Assembly: GCA_965153455.1 (NCBI GenBank)
Contig: OZ234494.1
Location: forward strand, 10,416,001-10,480,000
DNA from: Sphagnum compactum
Lineage: Eukaryota
Direction: 5' to 3'
DNA: 64,000 nt
Position numbers and translations under genes: made by a program. How positions within the stretch are numbered: the first letter of the stretch is position 1; every line of letters starts with the position of its first letter. Below the pieces are notes generated by a model. It searched no databases and had not been told where the DNA came from. It worked only from the letters and a program-made list of their open reading frames with translations. Shown in pieces: positions 11,307-24,909 of this stretch.

Positions 11307-12693
11307 CACTACAAGAAATCACAATTTATTTGACTGGAAAAGTAAACCAAAAATTATTCATTTTGACATTTGCTTAATTTGACCATTTAATCGTATTGGA
11401 TAAGTTGATTTGAACACATCCAATTTGACTGGTGGTTTTTTTATTGACCATAAAATGATCTTTTGACTAATCAAATTGGACAAAAATTTAAACAACCAAA
11501 AATATTTAATTTTAAAAATAACTCAATTTATATATATATATATAATAGTAAGTACCACCTACCCACCCACCCATGACCTATCTACCCACCATGGCCTCCT
11601 ACCTACCTACCCACAACTCACCTAGGTACTATACATTTACACACATATACAAAGTATATATATGAATATACATATTCCACATAATATATGTTGGTAAAAA
11701 GGTTTGAACCTTGATTTCATTGGTTACACACCAATGTCTTGGCCATCAAACCACCCCATTATTTTATAAATCAATATGATACCAAATGGATTTAACATGT
11801 ATCCATGAATTTTTTTATCAATATGTATAACAAAATTTGAACTTCAATTTTTTTCATAAGTAGGTTAGTAGGTACCTAACTAGATAGATAAGTAGGTATA
11901 ATCATGTATTTAGTTAATTCCAAACTTTTGAAAAGTTCAAAATCAACAAATGACCATTTGGAGATTAAAAATTTGGAAATAAACTTTGATTTGGGGACCA
12001 CCATATGATGCAACAATAGATATTATTAATGTTTTGTCTCATTGAATGACCCAACAAATAAATATTTTCAATGTTTTGTTCAAAAAACTTGATTCTAACC
12101 ACCAAATTTGAAAAGTTCATAATTACTAATTTAGTTTAGAATTAACTAAATACATGTTTACACATGCTTACCTACCTATGTTTTTAAATGTTCATACCTA
12201 CTTCTGTAAACTATAGGTAGGTATGTGGGTAGGACATAGGTAGGTAAATGGTAGGTAAGTAGGTAAATAAGACATAGGTAGGTAGATGGTAATTAAGTAG
12301 GTAACTAAATAGGACATAGGTAGGTAGATGGTAGCTTAGTAGGTAGCTAAGTAGGACATATTTAGGTAAATAGGTAGGTAGTTACCTTGGTAGACATAAC
12401 AAGTAGGTTAACTAACCAAATTAATATGGCCAATTTGACTAAGCATGGTTATTCAGTATGGTTGATTTGACTAAGCCATGGGCATTTTAATGGACCATTT
12501 TAAAAATTTGTCTTTCTTGACTAAATGTACATCTTAACATTTGGTCAAAATGGTCACTTTAGTCAAAAACATCAACCAAAAGAACCATGTGTTTTTCATG
12601 ACTCATGCCTTTAATCAAAGTGAACATCCTTTTGGTCAATGTGAACGTTTTAGTCAAGTTGAACCTTTTGAAAAATCGTGATTTCTTATAGTG
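11307..12693. mobile_element. Non-autonomous CACTA (EnSpm) transposon
   Basis: TIRs CACTACAAGAAATCAC / GTGATTTCTTATAGTG, 3-bp TSD AGG on both sides, subterminal ttgac/gtcaa repeats in opposite orientation, and internal (TAGG)n/(CCTA)n tracts. Confidence 0.9.
11693..11757 (-). pseudogene. Degenerate tRNA-like (pseudo-tRNA or SINE head) sequence inside the CACTA element
   Basis: Minus strand ggggtggtttgatggccaagacattggtgtgtaaccaatgaaatcaaggttcaaacctttttacc has an A-box-like TGGTTTGATGG, an anticodon-like stem ttgg..ccaa and a B-box GGTTCAAACC. The acceptor stem does not pair. Confidence 0.5.
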
Positions 12694-14471
12694 AGGTAAG
12701 AACAAAAGAACAAGGTCAACATCTTATTAATACAAAAAAACTACCCTCATTAGTTTACTTTACTACAACTATTCAAATAATAAATAAAAAGTCATGCAAA
12801 CAACCCCCAAAAAAAGGGTTTGTTGTCCAAAAACAAACCTACCGTCCGATTTGTAAGTTACTCCAAAAGTGTTAGAAGAAGAAAATATAGAAAGGCAACA
12901 TGGGAAATGAACATAATTGGAAAGTAGCTATTTTGCAATGTTATGTAATACCTTCAAAGCCTTTGGACTTTACCCTAGTGGGTCTACAAGCCTCCCAGAG
13001 CTACTATCCCACCTTAACAATGCCCTGTAAACCTTTTGGTAACCTTGTCTACCATTTGCAACACCTCGAAACACTTCCCCAACTTTGGTTACCATCTACA
13101 ACAAGCTGCACCCACTCATGGCCATGGCCTACCACCTACAACAATCGTTTTTAATTTGCAAACTGTTAACTTTTAATGTTTCCCCCTCTTCCTACTACTA
13201 CATATGGGATGTTGCCTTCCTATGGCAGCCAATAGCTCACTATTCCATAAGCTACCACTTGGTATGCCCTCTTGTTTTCTGTTCTAGAAGAATTACAAAA
13301 CTATTATGAAAAAGGGCAGCATACTTTGTATAATCTTAAACTATTTTACTTTCCACACCTCCTAATAAAATGCATGCACACCAAACACATAAAAGTTCTT
13401 CAACCATTTTCATAAAAACCAAACACAAATACAAGTACATTTCGTCGCTACTCTCTCCTCCTTGGTGTTGCAACACACACTTCTCCAAAAAAGTCTTCAA
13501 TTCCAACAACCCAACTACCCAAAGTGTCAAATGCCTTAAAGATCCTCCAAAACCTACTTTAATCCTTCTTCTCCACAAACTCATACAAGGCTCCCATTGA
13601 CCCCATAAAAATAAAGCATTTATTTTAATCCCTTTTTAAAAATCTCCTAGATGATTGGGGAAATTATCCCCCAACCACTCATTATCATGAATTATTTAAT
13701 CCCACTAGTTTCACCCCTTTGGTAAGGGATAGTAAGTCTACCACTAGTAATTATCAATTACTAGAAAACTTATGGTACTAACTAGTCTAAAGATTTATAC
13801 CCTTTAACATGAACCATCATTCAAAAAATGAAGTTACAAATTATTTCTAGACTTTTTGTATTTTAACAAAATCTAGAAGTAAGGCTACCCAACCCAAAAG
13901 AAAACTTGTGCAACTCACAATTTATTTAATCTACTAGTCAATTTAAATCTACAATAAAATATGATGCCCTTGAAAATCTACCATAATACCCAAATAGCTT
14001 TGGCATTTAATTGCCAAATAATATGTATTTGGTTTATGCCTCTTAATAGAGGCATAACTAAAATCTTACGCTAATGTGCCCATGTTCAAATTTGGGTAAA
14101 CATAATTTTAACAAAATTTCAAGTGTAATTTATGGTCACCACACGAGTTTCCTTTGCCTTTTCTTTTCTTTTTGAAAATTTTGACACCTCTAATCAATAG
14201 TCTTCAAAAAAATTGCAATTCTGAAAATAATATAAATTGTGTCAAAGTCATTCAAATATTATAATATTTGAGTAATTGAATGTAAAAAACCACATCTGGA
14301 AACATTAATTTGATAGTTCACATGGGAAATTGTTGTGCAACCTTGACCTTGGGCTCATGACCAAAATTAGAGCAAAACAAGAAAAACAAAATGAAAAAAC
14401 TTAAAGCCATAAAAAAAGCATTAACACATTTTCAAGTAAAAATGTGTGGGAATGCAAGAAACTTACGTTTA

Positions 14472-14857
14472 GAAGCACCACCAATGATGTTTAATATGTG
14501 GCCTAGGAAAACGAAATTGGATGAAAAATATCAAAACATGACATTTTGATTCAACAAAATGGTTTTAGCCCAACATTTTCCACAAAATGTTAAGCTTGGT
14601 AAAAGGCACAAGAAAGCTTAATAAATATGCTTTGATTGTCATGACAAACCTAATAAATAAGCTCTAACTATTGCTCCATGTTTCTAATTAGCCAACTAAA
14701 ATGATTGTCCGAAGTGGTTTGCTATTACTCGTCTCCCACCAATTTGTAGTCATGGTTTTAGTTTTATGGGTGGTGCTGAAAAAAAAGTAAAGGAGTAAAC
14801 TTGGATGTGCGAAATAATTTTGCTAGGTCACACATGGAACATTGTTGGAAGCGCCCT
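14472..14857. mobile_element. Older Tourist-like MITE of the same family as 8361-8689
   Basis: Degenerate TIRs. Internal aagtggtttgctattact..tctcccacc and aaacttggatgtg.gaaata.ttt.gc..ggtcaca match the 8.4-8.7 kb copy. Confidence 0.6.
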
Positions 14858-15236
14858 AACACTCCCAAAGTGGGACTCCTAAATGCATTTTCATTTTTGG
14901 AGGAGGTTGTTAGGTGTTTCAAATATTTAGATCATGGTTTGGACCAAAAAGGACCAAACCTTGTCCAAATTGGGTGTTCTTTGGACCTTTGAAAAGGTCT
15001 TGAAAATTAATACAATATATTATTGGGCTCACATTTCTAAAACAAATATTCATTGCATAAGTTAAATGACTATAATTTGAAAGGTCGAAAATGAAATTAT
15101 CAAAGTGATTCCCAAAACTTAGATGAAATTTGATGAGTCAAAATCAAATCTAATCGAAGAATTTGATACAACATTGAAAATATATTTTTAAGGGTACATG
15201 ATAGGCTATTTAATTTGTTGAATTTGGATATGTTAT

Positions 15237-16830
15237 TTAAAATGTTATGAATTGTGAACGTTTAAATGTCATATATTGTAGTACCTTGGCCAATTTGACA
15301 CCCATCAATCTTTCACAAAACCCAGCCATACTCGTGGGATGTTTAGGAAAATATAATTTTCTACAGCAAATCGGCAACCCATGTTCTTGTAAGAATTTTT
15401 GTTCTTCTTCACGTTCTTCAACCCATACAAACTGTAGCAAGAGCCTTTGCTTGGCTTGGCATATAGTCTGGAAGCTAAACTCAAGCTTTGGGCTGCTGAA
15501 TGTGAACCCCCCTTGGACTCGTGGTGATGCAGAAAAAGAAGTTGTGTGAATTGTCTGCATTCTTGACATGTCAAGTTTCCAGTCCACAGGAGTGTTTTGA
15601 TGAGGAGTGTGAGGCTGGTGGTGGTGGTGTTGGTGGTCGGAGATGAAGTGACGTGAAAGATTGCAGCGGCTTGGCTACCCAAAATTCTGCCGCTGCAACA
15701 GGTAATCCCGGTTCACTCCCATCCCCTTAGGCCGCTTCATTTGCTGATCCATTGATGATAGTGAAGGCAATGAAAGTGAATGATTTTTGCAATTTTCGAT
15801 GTGGTGGGGCGGTAGTAATAGTAATTTCTCGTGAGTCTTGGTAAAAACAACTACTTCCTTGACCAAGAGACGGTGGTGGGTGGTGCTGGTGGTGGTTCAA
15901 GTGAAATGTTTGATTTGATGATGGAGATGTTTGGCCCCCATGAATGGGATGAGGAGGAGGAGGAACCTCTTTCATCCCCATGCTAGCTTGAAGTGCTACA
16001 AAGTTGTTGTTTTCTTGGAGAGGTTGCAAAGCCTGGGATCCATTGGAGTTGGAAAAAAAGGTTTGGCAGAAAAAATCACCTGGCACCGAAAAAGAAGAGT
16101 TAGGAAAATCTGAGTATGATGCTGCTACTGCCATGGAACTACTGCCATACTGCTGCTGTCATGGAGCTATTGCCAAGCTGCTCCTGCTGCTGTCGTGCTA
16201 CTGCTGTCATGCTGCTGCTGCCATGGAGCTGTTGGAAAAGGATAACCACCGCTCGACCCATTCATGCTCCTCATGTCGATGCTCACCCCAGCAACTGAGA
16301 CTTCAGAATTGGGGCGATGGTGATGATGATGATGTTGTTGTTCACCACCAGAATTGAGGGTGATGTTTCGCATGTGAGAGGGAAGAAAGAGAGCGGGATG
16401 CAAAAAAGGAAAAAAAGGGTTGAGAAGGCACCGGTGGGTTCAGCAACTGTGGGGATGACACCAACCACACAAGAAGGAGCTGAAAAAGGTGAGATGCCAG
16501 AGAAAGAAACATCCCCACCACCACTTCCATGTGGGTGAGAGATCTCACTCTTTTGTGCTGACTGTTGCTGCTGCTCATGGTTTGAACTCCAAGAATCCTG
16601 CTTTATCATCATAGCATCCATGTCTTTCATTCTCTGAATTCCTCCACCACCTTGCTGAAGAGTAGCTTGCAAACCTTGTTGATGTGACTGTTGTGACTCT
16701 CCCATCCGGCATCTCATGAGAATCTGATCAGGTGCAGGAGCAGGCAACATCAACATGATGTTGTCAAGCTCATCAGAATTGCCATAGCCATCGCCTCCAG
16801 TAGCCTTGAATGTTCCAAACTTGATGTTCC
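15237..16830 (-). pseudogene. 5'-truncated, disabled Gln/His/Ser-rich coding fragment (resembles a transcription-factor activation region; family not identified)
   Basis: Consecutive minus-strand ORFs (16756-16283, 16403-16167, 16134-15727, 15866-15675, 15587-15237) are joined by frameshifts and an in-frame TAG (QRQNFG*PSRCNLSRHFISDHQHHHHQ). The region has poly-Q/H runs and higher GC than its flanks. Confidence 0.55.
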
Positions 16831-19800
16831 CATAACTTCATGTTTTAGTTATGAAAGGTTATGTTTTAAAAAATAACTTAAATATTTTTCAAATCAATTG
16901 TCAAGACAATTTTCTATATATTTTCAAATTCAAATACAACCTAGTTCAACATCATACATATGTACAAGTTATTTACATAATAATGTTACTGAAAACAAAC
17001 CACCTTGATATCAAGTACCAAATAAAATTTCTAGAAACAAAATTATTTCATTAGTCAAAAATTAACACAATTAGAATAACGTCTTATTTTTCTATGTTTT
17101 GATTTTGTTCAAATTTATAAATATCAAGGGTATGGGCAATATAAGATGCATGGTAATGTTATTAATGTCTTTGCAAATGTGGATCAAACTCAATTAATAC
17201 TACCATGTTTACCACATGATGGTGTAACAATAGGTGTGTTTCTTAAATGACGTCTTGAATACAAATCACCTTATATGTCAGAAAATGTTTGTCCAAATAT
17301 GATGATGATCACTTTACAAGATTTAATTAAAACACCATTATAAAAAGATTTAAATGTTACCATTCATCATTAATGGGCAAGTTTATTTGTTTTGCATATG
17401 AATTTGAAATCTCAAGTTCCTATTTATAATAATGCATCATATAATAACTTTAATTCTAATAATGAATAAATACATTATATATTAATAGATTCAATGATAT
17501 ATAACTTTTTAGATGTTCCAAAGATAATTGATTATGAAAATACTATATATTTTATTGCCTCAAGTCAAAATTTTCACCCTTTAAGTTTATTTAAAGATAA
17601 ACATTTAGAAAAACAAAATTTTCCAACATTGTTTTACATGCAACTTTGACAATTTTTTGAAGGTTTTCATATCAACAAATAGTTCAATGGGAATTACTTC
17701 ATAAATTTGGGGATTTTTCAAAAAATATTTCTTTTAAAGCTACTAAAGTTTCCATCCAAAAAGTCATAGGTTCTGGTTAGGTGCAAATATGAAAAAGAAA
17801 ACTATGTGAGTTTATCAAGTACGAGATAAACCAAATTTAGATAATATCTTCAAATCATACTTAGGTTTTTGTGATTTGGAAAGTTTACATAAATCACTTG
17901 ATTATTTTGCAAGGTTGCGAAAAAATTATTTGTAACGATTCGACAACTTGGTCTTCCAACATTTTTTGTCAATTTTACATCTACTGAAAGATTATGGGAT
18001 TCATTCATTAAAGTTTTACACACATTACATGCTTCAAGATTAAATGTTTCAAATAAAATAAAAGATCTTTAATTTGTTCATATAATAGAATTAATACGAA
18101 TTGACCTTGTCACATATGCAAGATATTACGATCATAGAACATTTTGTTTCCGCAAACTTATCACAACACATCATTATCTTTTTGGGTATATTTCTATTTT
18201 TTTTTCGTCATTGAATTCTAAAATTGTGAGAGCGAACATGACCATGGACTTTTATGGATAAAAAATGCACCTATGAATGGAGTGCACACACATGAAGAAA
18301 TTGAACAATTTTTAGAAATGTATATTTCTTGTGATGTATATTGTTACCAAACCTTTTACAAAATGCACAACAACATCAACACACATGTACATGTAAGAAA
18401 AAAATAAAAATAAAAATTGTAGATTTCATTACCCATTGCCTCCTATGTGTGAAACAAAAAATTTAGAACCTCTTCAAATAAATGGAAATTAATCATTTTC
18501 ACAACATTACCTCCAAACAAAAGTAAACAAAATATTTTTATCTTTAAAAGATTTTTTTTAAATGATGATATATCATTTTCTAAATATCTAAATTCTTTAA
18601 ACCTTGATAAAATTACATATATATTAAGTTTGAAAAGTAAATTAACAAAGTCGCACATTTTCTCAAAACGAACTCTTAAAAACATAAAAGCTAATGCATT
18701 TAATATACGTGCTACTCATTTGTGGTTTGCAAATACATATAGTCAATTTATTTTGGACTCATATGCAGCTACAACATATTGCACATCATACATGACAAAA
18801 AATGATAAATCAATAACATCATAACTACATTCTGTCATACAAAAATGCATTGCAAATAATAAAGATGCAAATACAAGAATTAAGAAGTTAGATAATGTTT
18901 TTCTTAATGCTCAACAAATGGTCGTTCAACTTGCTACTTACTTTGTATTTCTTTACCATTATATCATTCATCTGGAACATTTTAATTCATAAATATTTCT
19001 CCTTTTGAAGAACATATTTTTGTGTTAAAATCATAAGTTGCATTAAATGAATTGGAACCAAATTCAACTGATATAATGTGTTCATTGATCATAGACAAAT
19101 ATATTAATCGTCATAGTCAATATGAATCGTTGTCATTACTAAAGTTTAATTCTTTTTATAACATTCACAAAAAGATTTCAACACATCATAAACCCAAAAT
19201 TATTAGGTTTGGAAATTATAATAAATATAAATATATTAAAAATTGGTTGAGAGAATAAATCCTATTATATTCACCATTTTGAAATTCTTAAAATTCGCAA
19301 TTAGGAACAAATGTAAACTAGCATAATGCATATTGTCAACAACATGATGAAATTTTAAAGATTAAATACATTTTCAACTACCAAATGCCATATCCAAATA
19401 TAAAATAAATGGATGATTCAATAGATTCAAAGTCAAAACCATTATGTTCAACTAACATTTGGACTAACGACATAAATAATGAAGTAATTGATCCACGTCC
19501 CATAATTCTTACAACGAACAGAATCGATATTGAACAATATGATTTACGATCTAATTTTGTCATTCAAACATGTAATGGATCAAACAAAAAATCACAATTT
19601 TCAAAAGACGAAAATTTCACAAAATCATCATATTCCATGATGATGGGAAAATTTGAATATTGTAGTTTACTTAAACAATTAAATGAAGAACAAAAATTAA
19701 TATTTGATTATGTTATGTATAAAAAATAATTGTACCTTGATATATCAATATGTTTATTTTTGATAATGGGTGCTAGAACTGGTGAAACTTTTACATTGAA

Positions 19801-21800
19801 ATCATGATTCAAAAATTATTACAATTATACACTAGATACATATCTTCTAACTTAACAAAAACCAAGGCTTTCATTTTTGTATCAATAAGTAAAATACTTT
19901 CAATATTGACAGTTGAACAATACATTCAGCATTGAACATTTTTTCAATAATCCTTATTTAGTTTACCAAACTTATCATTAGATTCATTAAATAGCCTTAC
20001 ATGTCGATATGAACAATTACAACTTGTTGTGAAAGATGAAATATCATGTGTTAGTGTTAGAATGTTTAATGTTGTAGATAATAAGCTAAGGTCCATAAAA
20101 CACATGAACAAGACAAATTCTTTGGTGGTCTTGATGTTATCATGACATGTGATTTCTATCAAGCACCCCTGTGAAAGATAGTTGGATCTTTCAAAATATC
20201 AAAGATAATTTAAATGCACTAGCATCAAATTTTTGACAAACATATGTCCAATGTTATGACCTAATAAAGTTATGCGATAATTTGATATGGTCTTTATACA
20301 AACTTTGAACAAATTTGGTACTACAATGGAAAATACAAAAGATATTGAATTTATCAATTTAATTTGTAATCGACAACCACCTAACAATTTTACTATTTCG
20401 TATTTATTTTATACAAATAAACTTGTGCAAAAACACAATGAAAATGCGTTCACCAACACATTGAGTCCCATGTTTATTTTCAAAGGAATGGACATCAGCC
20501 ATCAATCATGCCCACCATTTTACAAACTCTCAAATGATCCAAGTATAACTACGAGTTTGCATTTTACAATTAATATATGTTGATTGAATTATGTGTTGAT
20601 AACTATGCAACATCTGATGGTCTTATGAATGGAGCTGATGGCATTTTTAAAGCATCAACAACATAATGTGGAAAAACCATTATATGGATAATGTTTCAGA
20701 ATTCTAAAATTGGAACACTAACAAGAGAAAAATATATTCATTATTACAATAACAACATTGAATCAAAATGGACACCAATTGAACCTATCATCAAAGATAT
20801 AAGAGTTGGTAAATCCCAATAATTTATCATAACAAGGATTCAATTTCCAATTCAACTTACAACAACAAGAACCATTCATTGTTCTCAAGGATTATGATTA
20901 GATGGATTGGTTTTTGATCCCACTAACATTAAAAAACATGGGTTAACATATATAGCGTTATTTTACATTCGAACAAAAGAAAAAAAATAATTGTTGGCTC
21001 CTTTCTAACATAAATTGTTTTATGTGGATCCAAGAATACATGTAGCAATGAATAGATTGAAAACATTTGCAACTTGGATACCATTAATTCTTCAATTAAA
21101 ACACTTATATAATTCTCATGTAATTATACAAGCCTTGAATACAACTTACTTATGCCAACATTATGAAGACATCAATTATGATCATAACCTTCAAATGTCT
21201 CATATATTTATGTCTTATAAGAACAAAAATACACCATGCATCAACAGATGTGCACAAATTTATAAATTCATCGAAGTATTCATATATTTCAATCCATGCC
21301 GGGCATGGGTTAATGATGATGTATGACATACACATGCACTTAGATTCCTTCATTATAATAATTAGTGATGGTTCAGAATATATAACAACAACTTTTAATA
21401 GTAATACATGAAAAACAATACATATTGTATGTGTGTATAGAACTCATTCATGTTCAGTTTTTACATTCCTAAACAATCTTCAAACTATAATTCACAATTT
21501 CCCAAACATTATCCAATCATCATTATGGGAAATTTTGATGTTGACATTTAAAAAGATAATAACCAACTTAAAAATAAACAAGAACTATTATATTTCATGG
21601 ATAAATTATAATTAAAATCACAATTTAATGAAAGCACCCCAAAAGATGGATTTCAATTAGACCATATATGGGCAAATGTCCTTGGAAATGAACACAAGTT
21701 TGGTGTAACATAAGCATATTGGTTAGATTTTCACAAACTGATTTATATTGCATTCAAATTACTAAACACACTTCCAATGTATAACAAAAAACCATTAATG
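16831..21800 (+). mobile_element. Degenerate Helentron/HLE2-type Helitron: Rep (HUH) + PIF1 helicase + AP-like endonuclease, with many stops and frameshifts
   Basis: GQYKMHGNVINV (pre-Rep conserved region). Rep motifs IRQLGLPTFFVNFTS, SEHDHGLLWIKNAP, QQHQHTCTCKK..CRFHYPLPP and QFILDSYAATTYCTSYMTK. Helicase motifs LNEEQKLIF, DEISCVS, FFGGLDVIMTCDFYQAPL and QFPIQL...TIHCSQGL. Endonuclease motifs IVCVYRTHS, IIIMGNFDVD, QLDHIWAN and DFHKLIY. Confidence 0.88.
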
Positions 21801-23151
21801 TATCCATTTATTTAAAGTGTAGCATTTGTGAAAATATGCATGTTAATGTTGCATTTTCCACTTAATTAATTCTTCCTCAAATGTTGGCACCTTGTGGCTT
21901 GAATTTGCATTTTGACATTTTTTTTCATGGACCATGTGCAAAAAAAAATCATAAATATCAATAACAAAACCAAAAAAAGAATTGAACAATTTTTTTATCC
22001 ACACCCATCAAACATCATAACAAAACACCTTTCATGGAAAACCTAAACCCAGAATGCGACAAAAAAAAGAAGAAAATGTCAAATTCTCAAACCTCAAAAT
22101 GAAAATGAGACCAAAATTAAAATCTTTCCATGTAAATTATATCCATTCAATATTGATGTTTGTTTCAAACATTGAAATATCTCATGCACATTGCTAAAAA
22201 TTGTCTACATTATCCAAGTTTGAAAAAATTGGATTTTCTTTAAAAATATAATTATTTACAACTTTATATTCATTTGTATGGTTAAAGAAAAGGCAATGGA
22301 ACTATGGTTTCAATTTCTAAATATGCTCAACAAATTCTAAGATGGTTAGAAAACTTCATTTTTTAGTACAAATGTGAAAAAAAAAAATTTATGATCTTGC
22401 ATAAAACCAACAAACTTTCATCCAATATAACTTGAGTTCATAGTAGAACATTAAATGTAATACCTTATTGTCAGGACAGAGCCTCTTGTTGTATTTAAAA
22501 GGACATGATTTCCATGGGACTTTGCCTCTTCTTGGGACATATGAAATTGACTCCTGGGACAAAGTGTGAAACGACTCTTATTATGGGAATGCACCCACCA
22601 TGGGGCTATAACTTAAGTTATAACTCCATTCATAGTACAATGGAAGGGCAAATGCATGGTCTGAATTAAAATCATCATATTTTGGATATCTTGGGAGTTT
22701 TATGGAGTTAAACATGTTCATATATTCCTAATGGCCTTACTTGAAGTTTCATTTAGTTGTTCCCAATGGTGTTTCCAATGCATATATAGATACAGAAGTG
22801 TCCCAAAAGCTTGGTCACATCAGCAAGAAATTGTAAATATTGAACACTGGGGATTTGAATTGGCAATGTAGCATTCAATTGTTTGTGTATGTGATTAGGT
22901 TTGTGGCATTTGAAGCAACATTTGAAACATTGTGTATAAAGAGAAATTCATACTAGACCATCTATCATCCTAAGCCAACTTTTTTCCATGGTGCATAATA
23001 TTGACTTTCTCCTTCGCTTTCATATCACCTCATCCCTTCCTCCTAAATTAAACAAATTAGTTGTGTTACTAAAGCTACTCATACATTCCCACATTTTCCC
23101 AAAATGTTAATCTTCGCATAACTATGAAACATTATATTCTCAAATCTGGTG

Positions 23152-23327
23152 TTCTTGCTTGTATGTTCAATTGTAAATTTCTTCAAATTAGTACCCATTA
23201 TCACTTTCAATCATGTTCATAAGAAAATTTCAAAGCTTCTTCTTGCTTGTATGTTCAATTGTAAATTTCTTCAAATTAGTACCCATTACCACTTGCAATC
23301 ATGTTTGTAAGAAAATTTCAAAGCTTA
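23152..23327. repeat. About 89-bp tandem duplication
   Basis: ttcttgcttgtatgttcaattgtaaatttcttcaaattagtacccatta...aagaaaatttcaaagctt occurs twice. Confidence 0.9.
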
Positions 23328-23466
23328 CATATCCAGATGAATGAAGTACAAAGATGGGATGGATGAAATGCAAAACAAGCTGACTAAAGCCAAGTTAACT
23401 ATTACACCTACTACTACACTTCATCTAGTAAACACCCATGGGATACTCAAGACAAGCTCGGCCATG

Positions 23467-23803
23467 AAGTATATATCCAATCTTACTATTTCATTTTCAC
23501 TTTCCTTATGTCGTTTTTCTCATATTTTGTTTTGCATTCACTTTTCTTCTTTATTCTTTACACCATTTTAGGATGCACTTTTATTCTCATGATTTATCTC
23601 CATTCTTTTGAGAATGGCCTCTAGCAAAACACCCATAGATTCAAAACATGCCCAGCCACAAAGTATATATCCCATCTTACTATTCATTTTTCACTTTCCT
23701 TCTATTTTGTATTTTGATTTGCATTCATTTTTCTTCTTTCTCCTTTACACCATTTTAGGTTGCACTTTTCTTCTCATGATTATCTCCATTCTTTTGAGAA
23801 TGC
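23467..23803. repeat. About 150-bp diverged direct duplication
   Basis: aagtatatatcc.atcttactatt...ctttacaccattttagg.tgcactttt.ttctcatgatt.atctccattcttttgagaatg occurs twice. Confidence 0.8.
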
Positions 23804-24909
23804 CCTTTCCCTCTTTTGCTTTTGGGGAAAGGAAACAAGGTCAAAACCTTTTAAGTAGTTCAAAAAGTTACACACAAAATAGGCATCCCATTTGTTGCCC
23901 CCACAACCATGTTGTCATTCTACCTTTGCCCCATTCCAATCCTTGCGAATCCAAAAGAGTGTGAAGTGTATACAACCCCACAACAAATTTTTTCGGGGCG
24001 TCTTATGTTTCAGCTCCTTTCCATGATTTTAGCCCAAATTTATATACCTTATCTAGGACTCACGGCCGACACTAATTAATTTTTAAGAGGGCCAGCTGAA
24101 TTTTTTTTAAATAAATGAAGAACATTATAGAAATAAAATGCCAAAATTATAGAAAATTGAAACCAGTTAACAAACACAAGATAATTTTGAAACTTACTTA
24201 AATTATCTTGTGTTATCATACTTAAAAATTATTGTTGAAATTCTGAAATATTGAGATTGAGGCTGCCGTACCCTTTCTTTTCAAAAAATTAATTATTTCA
24301 ACAAGATTTGCCAAATGTCAATCACAGGTATAGTATTAACATACCAAGTAAGGCATTTAAATTGTTGCTGCTTAATATTTATTAAATAATGGAAAATTAT
24401 ATTAGGCAAATGTATTTGGAATTTCAGTCAAATTAAGCACTTAGGATTTTACTTGTTTTTGAACTAGGCTAATCAATTGATGGCGAGTGGAATCAACCTA
24501 CAGGACTTTGAGTTTTAGGGTTTTGCATATATGCTGGATTTTGTCATCAGCATTCTGAGGGGTTAAGTATGGCATCCATTCCTGCTATTTTGTTGAAGTT
24601 TGAAGAGTTGTGCCCATATGGTAGTATTGTAATAAAAAGTTATTATGTTTTACAATTCATGCATAGGCTAAAGGTGCCAATGTGCACTATTTATTCATTG
24701 TTCTTGCTTTGAAATAACTCTAGTTTATTAGAGGGTTTTGCAAAATTTTGAGGAAGTTAAACCATTTCCCTTTTGATTTATTTCCACCTAACTGATATTT
24801 TTGAAATAATGGAGCAAAAGCTATTGAATTTTAAATGATATTCATATTTGGAAGTTAATTTGTTTTTTAAATGATTTTTTCACAGTTAAGCCTTCTTTGA
24901 CTGGATCAG

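Noticed and set aside
22740-22930. Minus-strand CFKCHKPNH zinc-knuckle-like remnant (gag?)
   Set aside because: Incomplete motif with no accompanying retroelement domains, too weak to call.
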